Positions 28,045-38,208 of a DNA stretch of 64,000 bases are shown in pieces. Positions within the stretch are counted from its first letter, which is position 1; the number at the start of each line of letters is the position of its first letter. This DNA comes from Candidatus Parcubacteria bacterium (lineage in GTDB: Bacteria; Patescibacteriota; Minisyncoccia; Phycocordibacterales; PALSA-1337): the NCBI GenBank assembly GCA_028286835.1, contig JAQBQT010000027.1, positions 14,442 to 78,441 of the forward strand. The letters are read 5' to 3'. The translations under genes and the position numbers were made by a program. The notes under the pieces were generated by a model. That model did no database searches, was not told the DNA's origin, and was given only the letters and a program-made list of their open reading frames with translations.

Positions 28045-28533
28045 ATGAAACATATATGCAAATCTCTAGCGGAAATTAGGTCAATTCTACCTTCAGGTAA
28101 AAGCTTCACCCTTGTAAGTGGATGCTTCGACCTCCTCCATGTTGGTCACCTTCACCTACTTGAGTACGCTTCTCGCCTCGAAAGCATGTTAGTTGTTGCT
28201 ATTCTCTCGGATAGATATATACAAGGTTACAAAAATAGTAGTAGACCTATCATACCCGAGAAGCAGCGTGCCATGTTGGTGACGAGCCTGCGTTGCGTGG
28301 ATGTTGTCTATATCTCTGATGTCAGCCCAAATGACGAAAGTACTTTGACTGCATTACGACCCACTAGCATTGTATTTGATGACAGCATTCGAAATTCAGA
28401 GAAAATGAAATTGCGACTGTCTCAAATTCAAAAATGGTTGCCGTGCACAAAAGTACACTTTCTTCCCCGGTATATGGACGAGTCCGTCTCGACAACTCAG
28501 ATAATCGATAGAATCCGAGGAATAGCCAAGTGA
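28045..28533 (+). CDS. cytidylyltransferase-like nucleotidyltransferase (RfaE-II/TagD family)
   Basis: SGCFDLLHVGH (HxGH), K..RPI, STT.II motifs. Confidence 0.85.
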   Translation: MKHICKSLAEIRSILPSGKSFTLVSGCFDLLHVGHLHLLEYASRLESMLVVAILSDRYIQGYKNSSRPIIPEKQRAMLVTSLRCVDVVYISDVSPNDESTLTALRPTSIVFDDSIRNSEKMKLRLSQIQKWLPCTKVHFLPRYMDESVSTTQIIDRIRGIAK

Positions 28534-29097
28534 TTATTTTCCCAACAAAGCATCTGTTCTTTGTAGAAAAAAGTAGTCACGGATCGCATTGAAACATGAA
28601 TTATAAAACTTAGGATTAGATTCCTGTTTTATTTTATCCTGTTGTAGCTTTAGTCGCTTGAGTGCTTCACTAAATGACACCCAAGCCACATATGTTCCAA
28701 CACTCTTCTCATTGTCTGTGAGATCTGATTGCGCCTGAGATTCTGTACGAGCTACGTATCCATAGCTGATGGTATGCCTTCCGTCTCTGGAGCGGAAATC
28801 TTCTGTTTTCCCGAGAAACTGATCTATGCTGACGTGATAACCAATCTCCTCGAGGCATTCTCTTCGAAGTCCATTGATCACTGACTCTTCGGCGTCGATC
28901 CCCCCTCCAGGTAAAAGTAAAAGATCGTGCACGGCATTGCCAATGAGAGCTATTTCATTACGCTCATTAAATACGACCGCCTTTGCAGTTATGCGGTCTT
29001 GCCATTCTGTACGAGGCATAAGTGACAAATTTGCAAATACGTCATTGTCTCTAAGGAGAAATAATGTTTCGCTTTTTTCGTCATCAAAGCTTTCCAT
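28534..29097 (-). CDS. Nudix hydrolase
   Basis: LPGGGIDAEESVINGLRRECLEEIG Nudix box; ATG 29097 avoids overlap with the divergent gene. Confidence 0.88.
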   Translation of the reverse strand: MESFDDEKSETLFLLRDNDVFANLSLMPRTEWQDRITAKAVVFNERNEIALIGNAVHDLLLLPGGGIDAEESVINGLRRECLEEIGYHVSIDQFLGKTEDFRSRDGRHTISYGYVARTESQAQSDLTDNEKSVGTYVAWVSFSEALKRLKLQQDKIKQESNPKFYNSCFNAIRDYFFLQRTDALLGK

Positions 29098-29142
29098 GGA
29101 ATGCAGTCTACCACAAAAATCCAAAGATATTAGAAAGGAAAT

Positions 29143-29796
29143 ATGAAGCCGAGAATAATAATCTGCAGGCACGCAGAATCAATTGAGGACGTAGATAATA
29201 CTATTTACAGTATTCTGGATGACCTAGAAATACCTTTGACTGAGAACGGGCGCTCACAGGCGGCAAATCTCGGTAATATTCTAGCTCAGGTATTGAAGAA
29301 TTCGACCCGTGTGCAATTCTATACCTCTCCAGGCGTACGAAACGTGCAGACGCTTAAAGAAGTGATACCCAGATTACCAGATTCAATTGCAGTAAATGTT
29401 GAAGTAGAACCCCTTATTGTTAAACAATGTTGGGGTAAAATTGATCTCACTACTCGATCCTCCATAGAAGCTGAAAGATATCGGGTAGGTGTTCTTCGTT
29501 ATACTTTCCCACAAGGCGAAAGCGCATTAAGTTTGATATCTCGGCTCGAAATGTTCAAGAATAAGATACTTAGTCTTCACGAAGAAAAAAGATGTGACGT
29601 TGTAGTGTTGTCACACGGATTTGAATTTCGAGTATTGCTCAAACTTATTTTAGGATGGAGCGAAGAGCTGTTTGAATCCTACGGCAATCTGAACAACTGT
29701 GAATATAGAATTCTAACTCAAGTTGAGACCGGTAAATACGCACTTGATAGAGATCTTCGAATGCATGGTAATCCTATTACCCGACTCAAAAATTGA
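29143..29796 (+). CDS. histidine phosphatase (PGM-like) family protein
   Basis: ICRHAES, PLTENGRSQA, TSP..R..QT, P.GES, LSHG. Confidence 0.88.
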   Translation: MKPRIIICRHAESIEDVDNTIYSILDDLEIPLTENGRSQAANLGNILAQVLKNSTRVQFYTSPGVRNVQTLKEVIPRLPDSIAVNVEVEPLIVKQCWGKIDLTTRSSIEAERYRVGVLRYTFPQGESALSLISRLEMFKNKILSLHEEKRCDVVVLSHGFEFRVLLKLILGWSEELFESYGNLNNCEYRILTQVETGKYALDRDLRMHGNPITRLKN

Positions 29797-29806
29797 AGCC
29801 AGTCGT

Positions 29807-29840
29807 AAGCCTGACACATTTAGTTGTCAGGCTTTTTTTA
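29807..29840 (+). terminator. intrinsic terminator between convergent genes
   Basis: aagcctgaca/tgtcaggctt followed by a T-run. Confidence 0.75.
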
Positions 29841-32474
29841 TTACCCCTTCTTCAGCACTTTTTTCAAATACTGTCCCGTATACGATTTCGGATTATTTGC
29901 AACGTCCTCTGGTGTTCCCTTCGCGACGAGCTTGCCGCCGCGCTCGCCGCCTTCAGGACCGATGTCGATGACATAGTCCGCGCTCTTGATGAGATCTAGG
30001 TTGTGCTCGATGACGACGACTGTATTGCCCTTGTCGACGAGCCTCTGGAGGATCTCGATGAGCTTGCTCACGTCTTCATAGTGGAGGCCGACAGTCGGTT
30101 CATCCAAGAGATAGATGGTCTTCTGGGTGTGCGAGCGATAGAGCTCTGACGATATCTTCACGCGCTGGGCCTCGCCGCCGGAAAGGGTCGTGGCTGACTG
30201 GCCGACCTTCACGTAGCTCAATCCCACTTCCTGCAGTGTTGACAGGCGGTCATGAATGGCCGGAATGTCCTCAAAGAATTTCAGGGCCTCTTCGATGGTC
30301 ATCTCCAGGATGTCATAGATGCTCTTCTTCTTGAACTTGATGTCGAGGGTCTCCTTGGTGAAGCGCTTGCCGTTGCAGACGTCGCAGGTCACATAGACGG
30401 TCGGAAGGAAATGCATCTCCACTGCGATCTCGCCGTTGCCTTCGCAGTTCTCGCAGCGTCCGCCCGGTCTATTGAACGAGAAGCGTCCTGGGCCCCAGCC
30501 TCGTGCGCGGGATTCAGGCTCGCTCGCGAACATGTCGCGGATGTGCGTCCATGCGCCGGTATATGTCGCTGGGTTCGAGCGTGGCGTGCGGCCGATCGGA
30601 GACTGATCGATGAGGATGGTGCGGCCCACATATTCAGTGCCCTTGAATTCCTTGGCATTGATGACCTCGTTGGAGCGGTTGCGGCTCTCGAACCTCGCCT
30701 GCAGGTTGCGATGGAGGATCTCGTACATGAATGAGGATTTGCCGGAGCCCGAAACGCCGGTGATGACGTTGAATACGCCGAGCGGTACGTCGGCATCCAT
30801 ATTCTTGATATTAAAAGCGTTGCCGCCGCGGATCAGGATCTTGCCCTTCGGCTCACGGCGCTTGGCCGGAGTCGGTATGACCTTCTCGCCGCGCAGGTAT
30901 GCCAGAGTGAGGGAGTCGGACGTATTCTTCTTGGCCGTGAGAAGCTCGTCGAGCCAGCCGGAGACGACCACGTTGCCGCCGTGGATGCCGGCACCTGGGC
31001 CGATATCGACGATATAGTCGGAAGCGTACATGGTGTCTTCGTCGTGCTCGACCACGAGAATGGTGTTGCCGAGGTCGCGCAGATGCAAGAGGGTCTTGAT
31101 GAGGCGGTCATTGTCGCGCTGATGGAGGCCGATGGTCGGTTCATCCAGAACATATAGAGCGCCCACAAGACCTGAACCGAGCTGTGATGCCAAGCGGATG
31201 CGCTGGGCTTCCCCGCCGGAGAGAGTGGATGCACGACGGTCTAGGGTCAGGTATTCGATACCAACGTTGACCATGAATGAGATGCGTGCGCCGATCTCTC
31301 TCAGGACGACCTTGGCGATCTCGCGTTCGGCTTCGGTGAGCTTGATGTCCTCGAAATACTTCACAGCCTTCTCGATGGATAACCCTACGACGTCCACGAT
31401 ATTCTTGTCGCCGATGCGCACGAAGAGGGCTTCGGGGCGTAAACGGGCACCTTTGCATTCCGGGCATGGCTTGTCGCTGAAGATGCTCTCTGTGCCGAGG
31501 CCGTTGCAGGTCGGACATGCTCCGTATGGCGAGTTGAAGGAGAACAGGCGCGGCTCGATCTCGGGATATGAGAAGCCATCATACGGACACATGAATTTGA
31601 CGGACATGAGCTTCTCGTCGCCTTCGCTTTCCTTGGCGCCCGGATATTCTATCTTGATAAGGCCGTCTGATTCCTGAATGGCGCGCTCCAACGCTTCGGA
31701 CAGGCGCTCGCGGGCGTCTTCCGCCTGCTTCTTGTCGCTGAATTCGCTGACGAAGAGCTCGTCCACCATGACGTCTATGTCATGCTTCTTGTTCTTCTCG
31801 AGGATGATCTGTTCGCGCAATCGGTGCGGGGTGCCGTCGACGCGGACGCGGTCATATCCCTTGCCGAGGAGGTCATAGAGGAGCTGGTAGTATTCGCCCT
31901 TGCGGCCGACGACGACCGGGGCCCAGACACGGACTTTGGCATCGGTTATATTCACGCCGAATACATTCTTAGCGCGGGTCGAGCGCTCGGTCACGGTCTT
32001 CAGAATGGTCTCAAGGATCTCTTCCTTGGAGATGCGGTTGATCTCGCGGCCGCAGATGAGGCAGTGCGGCTTGCCGACGCGCGCAAACAAGATACGCATA
32101 TAGTCGTATATCTCTGTGATCGTGGCCACCGTCGAACGTGGGTTGTTGGAGCGGGATTTCTGGTCGATGGCGATGGCCGGAGAGAGGCCGAGGATCTCAT
32201 CGACATCGGGTTTCTGCATCTTGTGCAGGAATTGGCGGGCATATGCGGACAATGACTCGACGTAGCGGCGCTGGCCTTCTGCGAAGATGGTATCGAATGC
32301 AAGCGATGATTTGCCGGAACCTGAAAGACCAGTGACCGCGATCATAGTATTTCGCGGCATTTCTACGCTGATGTTCTTGAGATTGTGCGTGCGTGCGCCT
32401 TTTACAATGATCTTATCGTCGCCATGAGCACCTGTGCGGGCGGAGTGGGTGGACTTTTTTGGAGTAGCTGACAT
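29841..32474 (-). CDS. uvrA: excinuclease ABC subunit A
   Basis: GARTHNLKN, two Walker A motifs ([18 protein letters not shown]), LSGGEAQR twice, zinc fingers; start 32474 (ORF track 32501). Confidence 0.98.
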   Translation of the reverse strand: MSATPKKSTHSARTGAHGDDKIIVKGARTHNLKNISVEMPRNTMIAVTGLSGSGKSSLAFDTIFAEGQRRYVESLSAYARQFLHKMQKPDVDEILGLSPAIAIDQKSRSNNPRSTVATITEIYDYMRILFARVGKPHCLICGREINRISKEEILETILKTVTERSTRAKNVFGVNITDAKVRVWAPVVVGRKGEYYQLLYDLLGKGYDRVRVDGTPHRLREQIILEKNKKHDIDVMVDELFVSEFSDKKQAEDARERLSEALERAIQESDGLIKIEYPGAKESEGDEKLMSVKFMCPYDGFSYPEIEPRLFSFNSPYGACPTCNGLGTESIFSDKPCPECKGARLRPEALFVRIGDKNIVDVVGLSIEKAVKYFEDIKLTEAEREIAKVVLREIGARISFMVNVGIEYLTLDRRASTLSGGEAQRIRLASQLGSGLVGALYVLDEPTIGLHQRDNDRLIKTLLHLRDLGNTILVVEHDEDTMYASDYIVDIGPGAGIHGGNVVVSGWLDELLTAKKNTSDSLTLAYLRGEKVIPTPAKRREPKGKILIRGGNAFNIKNMDADVPLGVFNVITGVSGSGKSSFMYEILHRNLQARFESRNRSNEVINAKEFKGTEYVGRTILIDQSPIGRTPRSNPATYTGAWTHIRDMFASEPESRARGWGPGRFSFNRPGGRCENCEGNGEIAVEMHFLPTVYVTCDVCNGKRFTKETLDIKFKKKSIYDILEMTIEEALKFFEDIPAIHDRLSTLQEVGLSYVKVGQSATTLSGGEAQRVKISSELYRSHTQKTIYLLDEPTVGLHYEDVSKLIEILQRLVDKGNTVVVIEHNLDLIKSADYVIDIGPEGGERGGKLVAKGTPEDVANNPKSYTGQYLKKVLKKG

Positions 32475-32598
32475 GATTTCGGGAATATAGCACGATTTCA
32501 AGCTTATATCAAATATGACGGTCCATCTGCCGGGTTATGTCGCTTATAGCCAATAAAAATAACAGAAATCAAAGTAATGACTACGATGATTGAGGCGC

Positions 32599-33408
32599 CT
32601 ATCTGCACAACCCTCTCACTTCTTCGATGATCTGATCAAGAGAAACCGATGCTTTTACCAGGAATTTCTGGGCACCGAGGGATTTTGCGCGCTCTATATC
32701 GCTTTGTTTTGAAAGGTTGGAAAGGATCATGGCTGGAACATTCTTGAAGCGGTTATCCTCGCGGATCTTCTGAAGGATGTCGAAGCCGCTCATTCCGGGC
32801 AGGACGAGATCGAGCACCACTGCATCGGGCGCAAATGTCTTCAGGCCCTCTATCGCCTCATCTCCGCTTTTTGCATGGAAAATGTCGAAGCCGGACGATG
32901 TGAGCTTCTTCATGAGGATGTTGCCGATGAGCTTGTCGTCCTCGACCCAGAGGATCTTCTTTTTGGCCGAAGTATTGGCTGCTGCCTGTTTTTCCATATC
33001 AGCTGCGGTCTGATGGCCGAAGCATGCGTTGACTTTGCCGACGACTTCTTCGGGCGTGATATGCATCGAGATCAGGAATTCCTTGACGCTGCCATTCGGG
33101 ATGCGCGACATGGTGATGGGCTGTCCATCCGTCGACATGAGATAGAGCGGGATGCGCGTGAGGAGCGGCTCGGCATGCTTCTTCTCTACGACCGTGTAGC
33201 CGTCGCCGTCGGAGAGCGCCACATCAAGGATGATGAGGTGCGGCAGGTAGTCATAGATCGCCTTGAGGCCGTCAGCGCCATTCTTGAGCAGGAATACGTT
33301 CTCGTAGCCGTCTTTCTTGAGAGCGAGGTCGATCTGCGAGCCGAATGCTCCGTTGCTTTCGATGATGAGGATCTTCTCGGGTTTTGTGGAGAGAGATGCT
33401 GGGGGCAT
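32599..33408 (-). CDS. tandem receiver-domain response regulator
   Basis: KILIIES..PHLIILD and KILWVEDD..PDAVVLDLVLPGMSG..LSN..FLVK. Confidence 0.88.
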   Translation of the reverse strand: MPPASLSTKPEKILIIESNGAFGSQIDLALKKDGYENVFLLKNGADGLKAIYDYLPHLIILDVALSDGDGYTVVEKKHAEPLLTRIPLYLMSTDGQPITMSRIPNGSVKEFLISMHITPEEVVGKVNACFGHQTAADMEKQAAANTSAKKKILWVEDDKLIGNILMKKLTSSGFDIFHAKSGDEAIEGLKTFAPDAVVLDLVLPGMSGFDILQKIREDNRFKNVPAMILSNLSKQSDIERAKSLGAQKFLVKASVSLDQIIEEVRGLCR

Positions 33409-33489
33409 ATGTGGAAGTATTATACATCATTATTTGACATTGGATATTCATATTGCCACTATGTGCTTAGATTCCTACTCTTTAAAACT

Positions 33490-33933
33490 ATGAAAAATAC
33501 TCTATCACTCAGGATTTTTGTCCTTTTGGTCTTCGCCTATGCTTTGCTGAATGTTGCTGGCGCCGGCAGAGCCATATTGTGCGTAACTATTGTCTTAATG
33601 GGCCTGACGGCTTTTTTGAACTTAAACGAATCAAGAGCAGATAAGAAAACAGAAAATTTGGCCGATTCCATACCTGATGGATCGAAAATCACCAAAAAAT
33701 ACGGAGGAAAGGAGGTTGAGGTCTATCTCTACAGCGGGATCAGGATCATTGGGAAAATAGCGGCACTTAATGACCAGCGCAGCATACCTGGCTACGTATT
33801 GATGAGGGATGCCAGGGTTGCTGTTGGGGATGAGGATAGCCAGGCGACAGAAAACGACGCACTAAAAGACGAGATCAATATTGAGGTAAGTCAGATAACC
33901 ATCGTCATATTCGGAGACATGGATAAAGTCTGA
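33490..33933 (+). CDS. membrane protein with possible C-terminal Sm/LSm-like domain
   Basis: TTGACA at 33434; two TM helices, then GKEVEVYLYSGIRIIGKI...GYVLMRDA...INIEVSQITIV; terminator 33952-33978. Confidence 0.55.
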   Translation: MKNTLSLRIFVLLVFAYALLNVAGAGRAILCVTIVLMGLTAFLNLNESRADKKTENLADSIPDGSKITKKYGGKEVEVYLYSGIRIIGKIAALNDQRSIPGYVLMRDARVAVGDEDSQATENDALKDEINIEVSQITIVIFGDMDKV

Positions 33934-33951
33934 AGAATGCATTCGTTCGCC

Positions 33952-33978
33952 AGCCAACCAGCAATGGTTGGCTTTTTT
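33952..33978 (+). terminator. intrinsic terminator
   Basis: agccaacca-gcaa-tggttggct-ttttt. Confidence 0.8.
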
Positions 33979-33987
33979 ATTGAGAAC

Positions 33988-36042
33988 CTATTTTGCTTTC
34001 TTGGCACCTTTCTTGCCCTTCCCCTTCACGAGCCCCATCATTTCCTGGAGCTTGAATACTTCGTCGCGGATGAGCGCTGCGGATTCGAAATCGAGCGCCT
34101 TCACGGCCTCTTCCATCTGATCTTCTTTGAGCTTCAGGAGCTGCTTCGGATTGTTGCGCGCCAATTCCTCGTCGATCTTGACCATCTCATTCACGGCCTT
34201 TTCGTGCTCGGTTCGGAGCTGGTCTGTGATGTCATGGATCATCTTCCTGATGGTCGTCGGCGTGATGCCGTGCTCGGTGTTGTATGCGACCTGAATGGAA
34301 CGGCGGCGATCGGTCTCGCGGATGGCATTGGTCATCGAATTCGTCATATGGTCGGCATAGAGGATGACGCGGCCGGCTGAATTGCGGGCGGCGCGGCCGA
34401 TGGTCTGGATAAGAGCCGTTTCAGAGCGCAGGAAGCCTTCCTTGTCCGCGTCGAGGATGCCGATCAGGGACACTTCGGGCATATCCAATCCTTCGCGGAG
34501 CAGGTTGACGCCCACCAGGATATCGTACTTGCCGCGGCGGAAGTCCGTGATGATATTGATGCGATCGATGGTCTTTATATCGCTGTGAAGATAGGCGGTC
34601 TTGATCCCCTTCTCCTTGAGGAATTCTGAGAGGTCCTCGGCCATTTTCTTTGTGAGCGTCGTGGCGAGAACGCGGTCGCCAATCTTGATCGTCTTCTGGG
34701 CTTCGGAGATGAAATCGGCGATCTGGCCCTTGTAGTCGCCCTTCTCGATGATCGGCCGGATGTCCACGATCGGATCGATGAGGCCCGTCGGGCGGATGAC
34801 CTGCTCCACTATCTGCTGGCTCTCGGTGCGCTCGTAGTCGCTCGGCGTCGCGGACGTGAATAGGATCGGGCCCACGCGCTGTATGAATTCGTCGAACTTG
34901 AGCGGACGATTGTCCTTGGCCGATGGCAGGCGGAAGCCGTGCTCGATGAGGGTACTCTTGCGGGACGCATCTCCGGCGAACATGCCGTTGAGCTGCGGAA
35001 CCGTGACGTGCGACTCGTCAATGACGGTCAGGAAGTCGGGAGTGCCGTCAGGCTTGTGCGGGAAATATGAAAGCAGCGTATCCGGCGGCTCCCCAGGCAT
35101 CTTGCCGGAAAAATGGCGGGAGTAGTTCTCGATGCCGTTGGTGTAGCCGATCTCGCGGATCATGGCGAGGTCATATTTTACGCGGCGCTTCAGGCGTTCG
35201 GCTTCGAGCATCTTGCCGGCCTTGTCGAGCTCCTTGAGGCGGCCTTCGAGCTCAGCCTGGATGGTCTTCATGGCGCGCTCGCTGTCCTCATCGTTGGATA
35301 TGAAATGCTTGGCCGGGAATATGAAAATGGTCTGGGGAGTTCCCCTGAGGCCGCGCGTCACCGGGTCGAGCTCGATTATTGCGCTGACTTTTCCTCCCTC
35401 GTATTCAAGGCGGAATATGGTCTTGTCGTTCACGGGCATGACTTCAAGGGTATTGCCCACAGCACGGAACTGGCCGTGATTGAGGTCGGCCGTCGTGCGC
35501 TCGAAATGGATGTCGATGAGCTTCCTCAAAAGCTCCGAGCGCGACAGATCCATGCCGACGGTGAGCTTGAGGTTCACCTTTTCATAATTGGCAGGGCTGC
35601 CCAAACCGTATATGCATGAGACAGACGCGACAATGATCACGTCCTTGCGCGTGAGGAGAGCCTGTGTCGATGCGTGGCGGAGGCGCTCGATCTCGGTATT
35701 GATCATGGCCTCCTTCTCTATATATGTGTCGCTCGACGGGATATATGCTTCCGGCTGGTAGTAGTCATAGTAGGACACGAAGTAATGCACCGCGTTGTGC
35801 GGGAAGAATTCGCGATATTCCTGGGCGAGCTGGGCGGCGAGCGTCTTGTTATGAGCGATGACGAGGGTCGGCTTGTCGTATGTGGTTATGATGTTAGCCG
35901 CCGTGAATGTCTTGCCGGAACCCGTCACGCCAAGAAGGGTCTGGCGGTTCATGCCCTTTGCGAAGCCCCTGTTCAAGGCCTCGATCGCTTTTGGCTGATC
36001 CCCTGCGGGCGTCAGGTTTGTGGCTAGTTTGAAGGCTCCCAT
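33988..36042 (-). CDS. uvrB: excinuclease ABC subunit B
   Basis: PAGDQPKAI, LGVTGSGKT, YYDYYQPEAY, DESH, QTIGRAAR; start 36042 (TATAGT 6 nt upstream). Confidence 0.98.
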   Translation of the reverse strand: MGAFKLATNLTPAGDQPKAIEALNRGFAKGMNRQTLLGVTGSGKTFTAANIITTYDKPTLVIAHNKTLAAQLAQEYREFFPHNAVHYFVSYYDYYQPEAYIPSSDTYIEKEAMINTEIERLRHASTQALLTRKDVIIVASVSCIYGLGSPANYEKVNLKLTVGMDLSRSELLRKLIDIHFERTTADLNHGQFRAVGNTLEVMPVNDKTIFRLEYEGGKVSAIIELDPVTRGLRGTPQTIFIFPAKHFISNDEDSERAMKTIQAELEGRLKELDKAGKMLEAERLKRRVKYDLAMIREIGYTNGIENYSRHFSGKMPGEPPDTLLSYFPHKPDGTPDFLTVIDESHVTVPQLNGMFAGDASRKSTLIEHGFRLPSAKDNRPLKFDEFIQRVGPILFTSATPSDYERTESQQIVEQVIRPTGLIDPIVDIRPIIEKGDYKGQIADFISEAQKTIKIGDRVLATTLTKKMAEDLSEFLKEKGIKTAYLHSDIKTIDRINIITDFRRGKYDILVGVNLLREGLDMPEVSLIGILDADKEGFLRSETALIQTIGRAARNSAGRVILYADHMTNSMTNAIRETDRRRSIQVAYNTEHGITPTTIRKMIHDITDQLRTEHEKAVNEMVKIDEELARNNPKQLLKLKEDQMEEAVKALDFESAALIRDEVFKLQEMMGLVKGKGKKGAKKAK

Positions 36043-36125
36043 ACGAGGACTATACCAGAAAATCCAGGCAATAAAAAATGGCGCCGCTTCTTGTGAAGTG
36101 ACGCCATTGAAGGCACATGAAGAGC

Positions 36126-36767
36126 TCAATTTTGGGCTGGAGCAGATACCACTTGGAGAGGCGGGGTTTCGAGCATCTTCAGGAAGGCTTCCTTGGAGAT
36201 GCTTACCCTTTTTTCCAGGTAGTGGCTTGCAAGCTTGATCGCCCGCTGAATGTGCACAGGTTTTTTGTCGGGAGACATGTGAGCAAGCAGTGGAAGCAGA
36301 TCAGATATTTCAGCTCCTTGGAGTTTGGCCATCTTCATCAAGGTGCTGACATGCACGATTGAATTCAGGCTTGCGAATGTCCGCTCGATCAATCCTGCGT
36401 CAATCCGATTATTCCTGAATCCTGCAACAAGGCTGCTAGTGCCTGCATAGAAGAGACGGTGATGAAGAAGGATGTACATCTGGTACAGCTCTTCTACAGT
36501 CGCCGACGTCTTGCCGCCCTTAGCATCCAGCTCTGCAAAAAGCAGCTCGGCGAGAAGCTTCTGCGCCTCTGCCGAAGGATTCCTCCAGCTTTCACGGTTG
36601 AAAGCATGAATGATGTCGCGGGCGTAGTCTCTACCTTGCTCGAGCATGGTTTCCTGTACCTTTGCCAACAGATCCGGCCGACGTCCTTCGTCAGCCAGAG
36701 CGTAGTCGCGAAGTAGATTCGCGAATTTATCAGTCTGAACTGACAGAATGTCGTCCATAAAAAGCAT
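36126..36767 (-). CDS. hypothetical protein (alpha-helical)
   Basis: 213-aa ORF followed by a terminator hairpin at about 36071-36108. Confidence 0.6.
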   Translation of the reverse strand: MLFMDDILSVQTDKFANLLRDYALADEGRRPDLLAKVQETMLEQGRDYARDIIHAFNRESWRNPSAEAQKLLAELLFAELDAKGGKTSATVEELYQMYILLHHRLFYAGTSSLVAGFRNNRIDAGLIERTFASLNSIVHVSTLMKMAKLQGAEISDLLPLLAHMSPDKKPVHIQRAIKLASHYLEKRVSISKEAFLKMLETPPLQVVSAPAQN

Positions 36768-36901
36768 ATTCTGCGCTATGTAATTGTTAACTTCGGCTGC
36801 CTGGGATCAGGCGGCCCCTAGCAACAGCTAATCACGAAATAACAAGACTAGCAAGTTTACAGGTTGTGATTCCTATTGTATTAAAATTACCCTTTTCAAC
36901 G

Positions 36902-37924
36902 CTATTTCCGCACCATAACCTTCTGCACTGTCTCACGGATATGCATCTCCCCCATGCCATAATGCTCAACAAGCTCGTCAGGTTTGCCTGATTGACCGAA
37001 AAGGTCTTTGACCCCGATGAACTCTATCGGCACAGGATGATTGGCTGCGAGGCATTCCGCCACAGCTGATCCCATACCGCCGTGGATCTGGTGTTCCTCG
37101 ACGGTGACGATGGCTCCCGCATCGTGGGCGAGGCGGATGACAGCTTCCTCATCGAGCGGCTTGATGGTGGCTAGGTTCATGACTGCGACGCTTTTGCCCT
37201 TGCTCGAAAGATCTTGTGCGACAGCAAGCGCCTTATGAAGCAAGGCACCTGTTGCGATGATGGCTGCGTCATATTTCGTGCCGCGCTCCCCTTTTGCGTA
37301 TTTCTTCTCGGGCGGCGCAAAGAATATCTGAGCTTTGCCGATCTCGAACGGAGTATCGTCGGTCGTTATGACCGGAGTCTTCTCGCGGGCAAGGCGGATA
37401 TAGGTCGGTGAGACAGTTTTTGCCGCGGCGATGGTTGCTTTGCGTGCTTCATTTGCATCGCATGGAGAGATAACCACCATTCGCGGGATGACGCGCAGGA
37501 TGGCAATGTCTTCGATGGCCTGATGCGTGCCGCCGTCCGGGCCTACTGATATTCCCGCATGGGATCCGGCGATTTTCACCGGCTGATTATTGTATGCGAT
37601 GGTCGTGCGGATCTGTTCCCAATTCCTACCAGGCGAGAACATAGCATATGAGGTGATGAAAGGGATCTTGCCCATCGCCGCCATGCCGCTCGCTGCTGCA
37701 GCGAGGTTCTGCTCGGCTACTCCCATTTCCAGGAATCGCTCGGGGTACTTCTTCCTGAATGCGAGCATGTGCGTCGATTCGGTGAGGTCGGCGCAGATGC
37801 CGATGACCTGCTTGTTCGCATCCGCCGCAAGTACGAGACCTTCGCCGAAGCCTTTGCGTATCGGCTGCTGATCGACATCCTTATCGAAAAGCTTTGCGTT
37901 GAGTTTTAGGTCGGGGTTGAGCAT
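36902..37924 (-). CDS. transketolase, C-terminal subunit
   Basis: MGVAEQN, SHAGISVGPDGGTHQ, YIRL, VEEH, FGQSG. Confidence 0.95.
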   Translation of the reverse strand: MLNPDLKLNAKLFDKDVDQQPIRKGFGEGLVLAADANKQVIGICADLTESTHMLAFRKKYPERFLEMGVAEQNLAAAASGMAAMGKIPFITSYAMFSPGRNWEQIRTTIAYNNQPVKIAGSHAGISVGPDGGTHQAIEDIAILRVIPRMVVISPCDANEARKATIAAAKTVSPTYIRLAREKTPVITTDDTPFEIGKAQIFFAPPEKKYAKGERGTKYDAAIIATGALLHKALAVAQDLSSKGKSVAVMNLATIKPLDEEAVIRLAHDAGAIVTVEEHQIHGGMGSAVAECLAANHPVPIEFIGVKDLFGQSGKPDELVEHYGMGEMHIRETVQKVMVRK

Positions 37925-37929
37925 GGTTG

Positions 37930-38208
37930 TTATGCAAATGCGACGTAAGAAACGACAGCGGCGAATACGAGCATCAACCCGCCTTCGATCCGCCTCATGA
38001 TAATGACGCGTCTATTATATTCATATCCAAGCGGATATATGTAGCTCGGATGCTTTGTATTCAAAAGCAGCGTGAGCCCAAGAAGGACTGAAACTATAAG
38101 AAAAGCAGTTATCGATTCATGTGATATGCCCATGATCAAAAAGTACGCCGATATCATAAGATAGGCGAGCTTTAGGAGTATTTCGAAGATTCGTATCGGA
38201 TTAGTCAT
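37930..38208 (-). CDS. small membrane protein inserted between the transketolase subunits
   Basis: Three hydrophobic segments; ATG overlaps the upstream stop (ATGACTAA); AT-rich. Confidence 0.6.
   Translation of the reverse strand: MTNPIRIFEILLKLAYLMISAYFLIMGISHESITAFLIVSVLLGLTLLLNTKHPSYIYPLGYEYNRRVIIMRRIEGGLMLVFAAVVSYVAFA

Noticed and set aside
32875-33489. N-terminal part of the 352-aa ORF 32875-33933
   Set aside because: Antisense to the response regulator; the promoter at 33434 and composition shift point to a start at 33490.
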